Assembly (NCBI GenBank): GCA_945900775.1
Contig: CAMDJP010000004.1
Span: 25,919 to 89,918 of the forward strand
Direction: 5' to 3'
DNA length: 64,000 nucleotides
Source of the DNA: Akkermansia muciniphila
Lineage (GTDB): Bacteria; Verrucomicrobiota; Verrucomicrobiia; Limisphaerales; SIAT01
In this document: piece by piece, positions 1 through 8,327 of the stretch
Layout of the letters: each line of letters opens with the position of its first letter
Position numbering within the stretch: position 1 is the stretch's first letter
Translations under genes and position numbers: made by a program
The notes under the pieces: model-generated
Told to the model about the DNA's origin: nothing
The model's database searches: none
Seen by the model: the letters and a program-made list of their open reading frames with translations, nothing else

Positions 1-842
1 GAGAGGATTTTCGCGAGGCCCCAGTCCATCACGAGCACCTCGCCGTACTCGCCAATCATGAGGTTCGCGGGCTTGAGGTCGCGATGGATTGTCCGGCGGG
101 AATGGGCGTAGGCGACGGCGTCGCACACCTTCTGGAAGATCGTGAGCAGTTGCGTGAGCGGGTAGCGGGCGACGAGACGCGTGTCGCCCTTCTTCAGCCC
201 GTCGAGCACTTCCTTGAGTGTGGTGCCGCGGACGTACTTCATCGCGTAGAAAGTTCGGCCGTGCGGGTCGGTGCCTAAATCATAGATGGGGACGATGTTC
301 GGGTGCTCAAGTTGGCCGAGAACGAGAGCCTCTTGTACGAAGCGCCTCGAGTTATCCGGTGCGGCGGCGACCTCGGGGAGGAGCACCTTTAGGGCCACGT
401 CCCGCTGTATGTGGCGGTCGTGGGCGACGATTACCTCGCCCATGCCCCCTTTCTTGAGTGACTTGCCCGGTTCGTAACGATCGTTAGCGGCGGGCACGCT
501 GGAGGGGTCGACCGCCACGGGTAGTTCAGCCGGGGTTGACTCGGGGAGGGTCAATTCAATCAGTGTCCGACCGACTTCGAGTTTCTGGGTCGCGGTGAAA
601 CGACGACGGCCGACAATCTGTTGGCCGTCGAGGAAGGTGCCGTAACGGCTGCCGGTGTCCTCAATCTCCATCGCTTCGGGCGTGACGATGAGCCGGGCGT
701 GGCGCCGGGAGATTTCCTGGGCGGGGACGACGATGGAGCAGGTGGGGTCGCGGCCAATGAGGTATTCGCCCGGTTCGAGGGCGTAGCAGGCGAGGATTTG
801 GTCGCCTTTGCGCGCCACGAATTGGACGATGTGAGACGGCAT
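1..842 (-). CDS. FHA-domain Ser/Thr protein kinase (N-terminal part; C-terminus lies left of the window)
   Basis: Absent from the ORF track because it runs off the window edge. My translation of the minus strand from ATG at 840-842 gives MPSHIVQFVARKGDQ..IGRDPTCSIVVPAQEISRRHARL..DTGSRYGTFLDGQ (FHA signature). This is followed by GKSLKKGGMGEV..VALKVL, HRDLKPANLM (63-86) and DWGLAK (Hanks kinase subdomains). Confidence 0.85.
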   Translation of the reverse strand, partial: MPSHIVQFVARKGDQILACYALEPGEYLIGRDPTCSIVVPAQEISRRHARLIVTPEAMEIEDTGSRYGTFLDGQQIVGRRRFTATQKLEVGRTLIELTLPESTPAELPVAVDPSSVPAANDRYEPGKSLKKGGMGEVIVAHDRHIQRDVALKVLLPEVAAAPDNSRRFVQEALVLGQLEHPNIVPIYDLGTDPHGRTFYAMKYVRGTTLKEVLDGLKKGDTRLVARYPLTQLLTIFQKVCDAVAYAHSRRTIHRDLKPANLMIGEYGEVLVMDWGLAKIL

Positions 843-953
843 TTTTCCTCGCGCGAAGAATAGGAAGGACGCGGCGGATGTCGAGCGGCAATCGGCCAGT
901 CCGGCCGTTCGCGCGAATCATTCATCCGCACACGGAAAAAATAACCAGTTGCA

Positions 954-1955
954 TTGAATAGTTTGCTCGGTATGATTTTTTTGAATTATCAACTGATGCG
1001 TGTATCCCCAACAATCGCGATAAACGCTTTCATGGAGCTGGTCCGCCAGCCTGTGTTCCTGCTGCTTTTCTCGGCGTCATCGGGCTTCATGATCTTCCTC
1101 GCGGCCGTGCCCTACTTCGGATTCGGCGACGACCCGAAGCTGGTGAAGGATGGCGCGCTGGCGGTGATGCTGGTGTCGGGGCTGTTTGGCGCAGTGATCA
1201 GTGCATCCTCCTCGGTGGCCCACGAGATTCGCACCGGCACGGTACTAGCGGTGCTGGCGAAGCCGGTGGGCCGGGCGCAATTCCTGTTGGCGAAATTTGC
1301 CGGTGTGGCGGGGGCGTTGGCGCTGTTGACCTACGTGAATCTCTTGGCAGCGCTGCTGGCGAGTCGGATGGCGTTCGACGCCTACGGCGACGCGGACATG
1401 CTTGGCTCAGGCATCTTCTTCGCGGCACTGGCGGGCGGCTATCTCGTCGGCGCGCTGGCGAACTATTTTCTCAGTCGGCCGTTTGTGGCCAGCGCGGTGC
1501 TCGCTTCGGTCGCGCTGCTCACGCTGGCGTTTGTAATCATCAATTTCCTCGATAAGAAGGGCACGGGACAGGCTTTCGGAACCGGCGTGGATTGGCGGCT
1601 GATTCCCGTGTCGGTGCTGGTGCTGTTCGCGCTCTGGATTCTTGCGGCCATCGCGCTGGCCTGCTCGACGCGGCTGGAGCTAATGCCGACGCTTTCGATC
1701 TGCACGGCCGTTTTCCTGCTGGGGCTGATGTCGGATTACTTCTTCGGCGTCGCGGCGCGCGAGGGGAAATGGTGGGCACAAACGCTTTACACCATCATCC
1801 CGAACTGGCAACAACTCTGGATGGCTGACGCGCTGGAGCCCGAAAAAACGCTGCCGTGGCGGTACATCGGCTCGGCGCTGGCGTATGTAGCAGCCTATCT
1901 GGGCGTGGCGCTTTCGTTGGCGCTTTACCTGTTCGAGGACCGTGAGCTGAGCTGA
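954..1955 (+). CDS. ABC-2/NosY-like polytopic membrane permease
   Basis: 333-aa ORF with multiple hydrophobic segments. It carries the motif HEIRTGTVLAVLAKPVGRAQFLLAKFAG, typical of ABC-2 type permeases. TTG at 954; first ATG at 972, so the start is uncertain. Confidence 0.6.
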   Translation: MNSLLGMIFLNYQLMRVSPTIAINAFMELVRQPVFLLLFSASSGFMIFLAAVPYFGFGDDPKLVKDGALAVMLVSGLFGAVISASSSVAHEIRTGTVLAVLAKPVGRAQFLLAKFAGVAGALALLTYVNLLAALLASRMAFDAYGDADMLGSGIFFAALAGGYLVGALANYFLSRPFVASAVLASVALLTLAFVIINFLDKKGTGQAFGTGVDWRLIPVSVLVLFALWILAAIALACSTRLELMPTLSICTAVFLLGLMSDYFFGVAAREGKWWAQTLYTIIPNWQQLWMADALEPEKTLPWRYIGSALAYVAAYLGVALSLALYLFEDRELS

Positions 1956-1972
1956 GTCTGGATTAATTTCGT

Positions 1973-3865
1973 ATGGAGCAGAACAACAAGACGGGCGGAG
2001 TGATCAATGTAGCCGTGGCGTTTCTGGCCGCGTTGGTCGGCGTGTGGCTGGCGGTGAGCAGCAATTCGTTGACCGGTTACGCGGCGCTGATTTTCGTCAT
2101 CTCTGCCGCGGCGGTGGCTCTCATCAGCCTCTTTCACATCTTCTTGGAGCAACACGAGCGCTTGGAGCGCTTGGAGTATGCCGAAATCGAGGCCAAGACC
2201 CGCGGTAGCGCGCTCTTTGAAACGGAGGCGGGAAGTTTCCCGGCCCAGCAGTCTCGCGAGCAGTTCGAGCGCTGGGGTGTGCCGACGCTGATGATTATTC
2301 TGCTGCTATCCCAGATCGCTGCGTTGTACTGGTTGATCTGGAAGAAGCTTGGCCCAGCTTACACAGACTACGCGGCTGCGATAAAACGAGGCCATTCGGT
2401 CCCAGGCATCTCGGAACCGCTTCTGCCACTCTGCATGGCTGCGGGGTTGTTGGTGGTTCTGTTCCTCCGCGGCAAATACGTCTGCGCGATGGCGCGGCAC
2501 GGCGGACAGAATCTCCTGCGTCCTGGCGGTGGCTATTTGCTGCTCTGCTCGTACCTTTACGCGCTGGTGGCGGTGGTGCTAGTGGCGGCGCAGTTCAACT
2601 ATGCGATTGCTGACATCGTCGTCGGTTGGGTGCTGGTGGCCGGTTTGGTTTTCCTAACGCTCGAAAACCTCTTCCGCGTGGTGTTCGAGGCGTACCGGCC
2701 GCGGTTGAAGGGTCAGGAAGCTCACCTCCTCTACGACAGTCGGCTTGTCGGTTTCCTCGGCCAGAGCCGGAGCATGGGGTCCACTGTGGCCCACACGCTC
2801 GATTACCAGTTCGGCTTCAAGGTGTCGGAGACGTGGGGTTATCAATTCCTGCAGGAGCGGTTCTTTATGCTGCTCGCCTGCCTGATTGGGTTGCCGGTGC
2901 TTTGTACCTGTGTGGTGATTATCAAGCCAGCCGAGCAGGCGTTGCTCGAGCGCTGGGGCAAGCCCGTGGTTAGTCACGAGGTCCTCCAACCGGGGGCCCA
3001 TTTCAAGTGGCCGTGGCCGATGGATAAGATTTACCGCTACCAACCGGGCCGCGTTCAAAATTTCAACATTGGATTCGTGCCTGATCCGGCGAAGGAAAAG
3101 GAGATGTTCACGATCTGGACCGCCTCCCACGCGAAGGAGGAGTACGACATGCTTGTCTCCACTCGGCCCAAGGCCGGAGCGGCGGCGGACGCGCCGGTGA
3201 GCCTGCTCAGCGTGAGTATCCCGGTCCAATTCCAGATTACGAACGTGGTGGATTGGGCTTACGAGAATGTCGAGGCGGCTCAGGTGCTCGAGAGCGTGGC
3301 CACACGCGAGGTGGCACGCTATCTCCTGAGTGTGGATCTCGACGAAATCACAACCACCGGTCGTGGCAAGGCCGTAGCCGTGCTGCGCGAGCGCATTCAA
3401 GAGTCAGCCGAAAAGCAAAAGCTCGGGGTACAGATTGTTTATATCGGCCTTCAAGACATTCATCCGCCGATGAAAATCGCGGCTGACTTCGAAACCGCCG
3501 TGGGCGAACAACAGCGGAAGCAGGTCCGGATTCTGGAGGCGCAGGCGGGTGCGTATCGTACCAACACCCTCGCAGGAGCGGAGGCGTTCCGCCGCGAGGC
3601 AGTGGCCGAGGCGGAGTTCACGCGCCGCACAGCGCGACTGATGGCGCAGTCGGCACAGTTCACGAATCAGATGCGCGCCTTTGATTCCGCGCCGCTGGTC
3701 TATCCACAGCGTGTTTATCTCTCCTCGCTCGAACGCGCCCTGGTTGGCGTGCGCAAATTTGTCATCGGCGCGACCAACACTCAGGAAGTGATTCAACTGA
3801 ACCTCGAGGAGAAAGTTCGCAAGGATATCCTCGATATCAAACTTCCTCCCACCAAAACCCCTTAA
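1973..3865 (+). CDS. SPFH/band-7 (HflK-like) protein with a long polytopic N-terminal membrane region
   Basis: 630 aa. The first ~300 aa contain several hydrophobic helices. An SPFH-type core follows (IIKPAEQALLERWGKPV..GAHFKWPWPMDKIYRY..) and then a coiled-coil-like Ala/Glu/Arg-rich tail. Confidence 0.75.
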   Translation: MEQNNKTGGVINVAVAFLAALVGVWLAVSSNSLTGYAALIFVISAAAVALISLFHIFLEQHERLERLEYAEIEAKTRGSALFETEAGSFPAQQSREQFERWGVPTLMIILLLSQIAALYWLIWKKLGPAYTDYAAAIKRGHSVPGISEPLLPLCMAAGLLVVLFLRGKYVCAMARHGGQNLLRPGGGYLLLCSYLYALVAVVLVAAQFNYAIADIVVGWVLVAGLVFLTLENLFRVVFEAYRPRLKGQEAHLLYDSRLVGFLGQSRSMGSTVAHTLDYQFGFKVSETWGYQFLQERFFMLLACLIGLPVLCTCVVIIKPAEQALLERWGKPVVSHEVLQPGAHFKWPWPMDKIYRYQPGRVQNFNIGFVPDPAKEKEMFTIWTASHAKEEYDMLVSTRPKAGAAADAPVSLLSVSIPVQFQITNVVDWAYENVEAAQVLESVATREVARYLLSVDLDEITTTGRGKAVAVLRERIQESAEKQKLGVQIVYIGLQDIHPPMKIAADFETAVGEQQRKQVRILEAQAGAYRTNTLAGAEAFRREAVAEAEFTRRTARLMAQSAQFTNQMRAFDSAPLVYPQRVYLSSLERALVGVRKFVIGATNTQEVIQLNLEEKVRKDILDIKLPPTKTP

Positions 3866-3875
3866 CCTAATTTTT

Positions 3876-4769
3876 ATGAAAGCTCAGAAACTCATTAACC
3901 TTTTTGTTGGCGGCCTGCTCCTGCTGCTCTTTGTGGCGATTCTCTTCACATTCCAAGTGCGGGAGACGGAAGTGGTGATTGTCTCCACGCTCGGCCAGCC
4001 CTCCACTAAAGCCTATCATCCCGGCCTGAATCTCAAGCTCCCGTGGCCGATTCAGACCGTGCAGCGTTTCGATAAGCGCGTGCGTGTGTATCAAACCAAG
4101 TACGACCAGATTGCCGATAAGGAAGGCAAGCCGATGATGATGATGGTGTATGCCGGTTGGCGCATCGCCGATCCTGCCGTCTTCAGCCGCAAGTTCGATA
4201 ACATGAAGAACGCCGAGGACAGTCTCCGTGAAATGATTTCCTCCGAGCGCAATGCCGTGGTGGGCGAGAACCTTTTCGCTGACTTCGTTTCCACCGATCC
4301 GTCGAAGGTCAAGTTCGAGCAGGTCGAGAAAGAGATGCTCTCTCGTGCGAATCGCAAGGCTGGCGAGAATTACGGCATTGAGATTGCCTTCCTGGGCATT
4401 CAGCGGTTGGGGCTGCCCGAGAGCAGCACGCAAGTCATCTTCGACCGCATGAAGGCGGAGCGGAAAGGGGTTGTGGATAAATTGCAGGCCGAGGGCGAAT
4501 CCGAATCCAAGCGTATCCGGACCACCGCCGAGACGGAGAGCGCCAAAGCACTTGCAGCTGCTGAGGCGAAGGTAATCGAGTTGCGCGGTGCGGCCGAAGC
4601 CGAAGCCGCCAAGTCGTATCGCACGCTCGAGCTCAATCCCGATTTGGCAATCTTTCTCCAGAAACTGAGCACCTTGGAATCCTCCCTCAAGGAACGTTCC
4701 ACACTGATCCTTGACGAGCGCACGCCGCCCTTCGATCTCCTCAGCCCCGCGCCGAAGAACAAGAAGTGA
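3876..4769 (+). CDS. SPFH/band-7 protein, HflC-like
   Basis: 297 aa. Single N-terminal TM (LINLFVGGLLLLLFVAILF), then VRETEVVIVSTLGQP..GLNLKLPWPIQTV and a coiled-coil tail AEGESESKRIRTTAETESAKALAAAEAKV. Lies 10 bp after the previous SPFH gene. Confidence 0.8.
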   Translation: MKAQKLINLFVGGLLLLLFVAILFTFQVRETEVVIVSTLGQPSTKAYHPGLNLKLPWPIQTVQRFDKRVRVYQTKYDQIADKEGKPMMMMVYAGWRIADPAVFSRKFDNMKNAEDSLREMISSERNAVVGENLFADFVSTDPSKVKFEQVEKEMLSRANRKAGENYGIEIAFLGIQRLGLPESSTQVIFDRMKAERKGVVDKLQAEGESESKRIRTTAETESAKALAAAEAKVIELRGAAEAEAAKSYRTLELNPDLAIFLQKLSTLESSLKERSTLILDERTPPFDLLSPAPKNKK

Positions 4770-4776
4770 GACTGCC

Positions 4777-5886
4777 ATGAGCGAACCGCAATCCCCTGTT
4801 TCTTCCGGAGCTCCGCCGCACGGCGAAGCTGGCGCTCAGGCCATGGCCGAGGCACTTCGCGGCAGCTTCGTCTTCATCAAAGTCGTGATGGTAATCCTCG
4901 TGCTGGCTTTCCTCTTCTCCGGGTTCTTCACTTTGAAACCCCAAGAGCAGGCCGTGGTGCTGCGTTTTGGCAAACTGTCGCAGCCGATCACCTTCGGCAA
5001 GTCCGCCGATCCTAGCGGCGTACTCCAGCAACCCGGTCTTTATCTCGCGTGGCCGTCGCCGATTGCCGAGGTGAAACGCATCGCCGCCGGCCGCCTGCAA
5101 ACTGTCGAATCCACTGCTGGCTGGTACGCCGTGACGGCGGCGCAGGAAGCTGCCGGTCAGGAACCGCCCCCGGGCCCGACCCTCAACCCCGCTCGCGACG
5201 GCTACACCATCACCGCCGACGAGAACATCATCCACATTCGCGCTCGGCTCGAGTACGAGGTTAAGGACCTGTGGGTCTATGACTCCTCGTTTGAGAACGC
5301 GAAGACCGTGGCATGGAGCGCGTTGAACAACGCAATCTTTTATGCTTCCGCCCGTTTTACAGCCGCCGAAGCGGTGAGCAAACAGGCCGAAGTCCGGGCG
5401 ACAATCGAGGACCGCGTTCGCCAGTTGGTGCAGGCGCACGAGCTACCCATCAATATCGCACGGAACGCCGTCACGCTGAACAAACTCAGGGAGCCACGAC
5501 AGGTGGCCGAGGCCTTCCAAGCCGCCCGCAGCGCTGAGCAGCAGAAGAGCACGGCCATCAACGACGCCCGCAACTACAAGATTGCCATCGAGAGCCGCCG
5601 ACAGGGCGAATACGCCGCTCTCGTCAACGGCGGTGAAGCCGAAGCGCGCCGCCTTCTCCTTACCGCGCAGGCCGACGCCAAGTCGTTCCTCGCTCAGCTT
5701 CCTTCTTTTGAGAAGGAGCCCGAGGTGTTCAAGCAGCGCCGGCTTACCGAGACATTAGGGCGTGTGCTGGAGAGTAAGACCGAGAAATGGTTCCTTCCAA
5801 CGCGCGCCGATGGCCAACCGCGGCAGCTCCGTTTGCTACTCGGGCCCGAGCCGCTCGAAACAAAGGATTTCCAAACCCAACCCTGA
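4777..5886 (+). CDS. SPFH/band-7 protein, HflK-like (third paralog)
   Basis: ATG at 4777, 7 bp after the upstream stop; the 4711 start in the ORF track overlaps the previous gene. TM segment FIKVVMVILVLAFLFSGFF, then KPQEQAVVLRFGK and a coiled-coil C-terminal region. Confidence 0.7.
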   Translation: MSEPQSPVSSGAPPHGEAGAQAMAEALRGSFVFIKVVMVILVLAFLFSGFFTLKPQEQAVVLRFGKLSQPITFGKSADPSGVLQQPGLYLAWPSPIAEVKRIAAGRLQTVESTAGWYAVTAAQEAAGQEPPPGPTLNPARDGYTITADENIIHIRARLEYEVKDLWVYDSSFENAKTVAWSALNNAIFYASARFTAAEAVSKQAEVRATIEDRVRQLVQAHELPINIARNAVTLNKLREPRQVAEAFQAARSAEQQKSTAINDARNYKIAIESRRQGEYAALVNGGEAEARRLLLTAQADAKSFLAQLPSFEKEPEVFKQRRLTETLGRVLESKTEKWFLPTRADGQPRQLRLLLGPEPLETKDFQTQP

Positions 5887-5892
5887 CGCGCC

Positions 5893-7944
5893 ATGCAAGT
5901 CACCTCGCTTTTTTCCCGCCACGAATCGTCGCACGACCACAGTCATGGCGACCACGGTCATGACCACGGCGATCACGACCATTCGCACGACGACAGCCAC
6001 GGCGAGCACAATCATTCCCACAGCAACATGCCGTTGCCGTGGCTGATCACCGGCCTGCTGTTCGTCATCAACAGCTTTGTCGTCGGCCTCATCTTTGAGA
6101 AGGGGTATTACGTGGACGACTTCAGCGCGATGATTGGCGCCATCATCCTCGGCTTCCCGATTATTCGCACGGCCGTCGAGGATTTGCGCCGTGGCGCGCT
6201 CACCACCAACGAACTGGTGGCGATTGCCGTGCTCGCCTCGTTCGCTTCGGGCCATTATCAGGAGGCTGGTGTCGTCGCCTTCTTTATGCTGCTGGGCGAG
6301 ATTATCGAGACCCGCACTGCGGCCGGCGCGCGCGCTTCGATCGAGTCGCTTATCAAACTCACGCCCACCAAGGCCCGCCGTATCGCGGCCGGTGGCGAGG
6401 AGGAGATTGACGTGAAGAACTTGGCCATCGGCGATGTTATCCGTATCCGGCCCGGCGACAACGTCTCGGCCGACGGCGTCATCGTCACCGGCCTCGGCTC
6501 GATTAATCAGGCCAACATCACCGGTGAATCGCTGCCGGTGGACAAGAAACCGGGCGACGACGTCTTTGCCGGCACACAGAACCTCACCGGCCTGCTCGAG
6601 GTGCGCGTGACCAAAGCCGGAACCGATTCGGCCCTCGGCCGCGTGCGCGAACTGATTCTTGCCGCCGAGAAGACGAAGTTGCCGCTGATGAAGATCGTGG
6701 ACCAGTACATGAGCTTCTACACGCCGCTGGTGCTGGTAATCGGCGCGCTGGTCTGGGCCTTCACGCAGGACCTGCAGATTGTCATCACTATCTTCATCGC
6801 TGCCTGCCCGTGCGCGTTCATCCTCGCGACACCGACGGCGATGGTCGCCGCCCTTTCTGCCGCCGCCCGCCTCGGCATTCTCATCAAGAACGTCAGCGAC
6901 ATCGAGGCTGCTGCGAAAATCAATGCCTTCGTCTTCGACAAAACTGGCACCATCACCACCGGCAAACTCGCCGTCAGCCGTCTGGCGCCGCTCAACGGCG
7001 TTGCGCCGGCAGAACTCTTGCGTGCTACTGCCGCTGCTGAGAAGTACAGTAACCACCCGACTGCCAAGGCGCTCTCCTTGCTCGCCCAGGAAACTGGCGT
7101 GCCACTGCCCGAGCCGCAGGACTTCTCCGAGGCCCCGGGTCGTGGGGTACAGGCAACCGTGGAGGGCGCGCGCATCCTCGTCGGCCGCGCCCAGTGGTTG
7201 CGCGATAACGGCGTGCCGGACGATTTTACCGCCTCAGTGGATGTGAATGAAACCGAGGGCTACAGCCTTGTGTTCGTCGCCCGCGACGGCAAGTGCATCG
7301 GCTGGGTGGGAATGCAGGATCAGATTCGCAGCGAGGCCCGTGCGGCGCTTGCTGATCTCAAAAAGGAAGGCGTTCGCCGCATCTCGCTCGTCTCTGGTGA
7401 CCGCACGCCGGTAGCCCAGCGTGTCGGTCACGAGGTTGGTTGCGACGATATCGTGGGCGACTGCCTGCCGCAGGACAAGGTTGAGTTCGTCCATCAAATC
7501 CACGCGAAAGGTTACAAAGTCGCGGTGGTTGGTGACGGTGTAAATGACGCGCCGGCGCTTGCCGCGGGCGACATCGGCATCGCGATGGGCGCGGCTGGCA
7601 GCGAAGTTGCCATTCATAGCGCGACCATTGCGCTGATGAATAATGATCTTCGCCGTCTCCCATTCCTCGTACGACTCTCACGGATGACCCGCACGGTGAT
7701 TAACCAGAACTTCTTCTTCGGTGTCTTGTTCGTGCTCGGCGGATTCGTTCTCGCGGCACTCAAGATCACAAGTCCCATCGCTGCCGCCGTGTTGCACGTC
7801 GTGGGCGCGATGCTGGTGATTTTCAACAGCGCGCGCCTCGTGCGGCAAGGCGAAGAGCTCGATCCGTTCCACGGTCATGCGCCGACGACTCCGGACAAAG
7901 CCGAGAGTGCTCCGGTGGGCGAAATCGCTCATACGCACGCCTGA
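5893..7944 (+). CDS. Heavy-metal translocating P1B-type ATPase with a His-rich N-terminus
   Basis: Motifs TGES (ITGESLP), CPC (AACPCAFILATP), DKTGTIT, HP (YSNHPTAKAL) and GDGVNDAPAL. The N-terminus SHDHSHGDHGHDHGDHDHSHDDSHGEHNHSHS takes the place of a CxxC HMA domain. Confidence 0.9.
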   Translation: MQVTSLFSRHESSHDHSHGDHGHDHGDHDHSHDDSHGEHNHSHSNMPLPWLITGLLFVINSFVVGLIFEKGYYVDDFSAMIGAIILGFPIIRTAVEDLRRGALTTNELVAIAVLASFASGHYQEAGVVAFFMLLGEIIETRTAAGARASIESLIKLTPTKARRIAAGGEEEIDVKNLAIGDVIRIRPGDNVSADGVIVTGLGSINQANITGESLPVDKKPGDDVFAGTQNLTGLLEVRVTKAGTDSALGRVRELILAAEKTKLPLMKIVDQYMSFYTPLVLVIGALVWAFTQDLQIVITIFIAACPCAFILATPTAMVAALSAAARLGILIKNVSDIEAAAKINAFVFDKTGTITTGKLAVSRLAPLNGVAPAELLRATAAAEKYSNHPTAKALSLLAQETGVPLPEPQDFSEAPGRGVQATVEGARILVGRAQWLRDNGVPDDFTASVDVNETEGYSLVFVARDGKCIGWVGMQDQIRSEARAALADLKKEGVRRISLVSGDRTPVAQRVGHEVGCDDIVGDCLPQDKVEFVHQIHAKGYKVAVVGDGVNDAPALAAGDIGIAMGAAGSEVAIHSATIALMNNDLRRLPFLVRLSRMTRTVINQNFFFGVLFVLGGFVLAALKITSPIAAAVLHVVGAMLVIFNSARLVRQGEELDPFHGHAPTTPDKAESAPVGEIAHTHA

Positions 7945-7950
7945 CGGGTC

Positions 7951-8319
7951 ATGAATTGCTTCGTCCATTCAATCGCACCGGCCGTCGGCATCTGCAAACA
8001 GTGTGGTCGCGGTCTCTGCTGTGATTGTGCTGCAGAGGTCGAGCAGTCGTTGGCGTGCAAAGGTCGATGTGAAGCCGCGGTGGCGTCGTTGAATGAATTA
8101 AACGACCGCGCCAAGACCGCGTACCACAAGGCCGCCGGCTCTTACACAAAGATAGCCACCGTCATAGGGCTGACTGGCCTGCTGTTCACGGTTGTGGGCA
8201 TAATGATGCGGAAAGCGGACTTCATCACGTTGCTGGTCTTCACGCCTCTGGGCTTAGTGTTTCTGTTATGCTCGGTTTTCTTTTTCCATTCGGCTAAGCA
8301 ATATCGCAGCCGCGACTGA
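7951..8319 (+). CDS. Cys-rich (B-box/zinc-ribbon-like) membrane protein
   Basis: 122 aa. The N-terminal 42 aa hold 8 Cys plus 1 His (NCFVHSIAPAVGICKQCGRGLCCDC..ACKGRC), followed by two hydrophobic helices. Starts 6 bp after the ATPase stop. Confidence 0.55.
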   Translation: MNCFVHSIAPAVGICKQCGRGLCCDCAAEVEQSLACKGRCEAAVASLNELNDRAKTAYHKAAGSYTKIATVIGLTGLLFTVVGIMMRKADFITLLVFTPLGLVFLLCSVFFFHSAKQYRSRD

Positions 8320-8327
8320 CAACATTT

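Noticed and set aside
5836-7056. 406-aa minus-strand ORF antisense to the P-type ATPase
   Set aside because: The opposite strand encodes a protein with a full set of P1B ATPase motifs. The antisense product is Arg/Gly/Asp/Ala-rich with no motifs, which is the typical shadow ORF of high-GC DNA.
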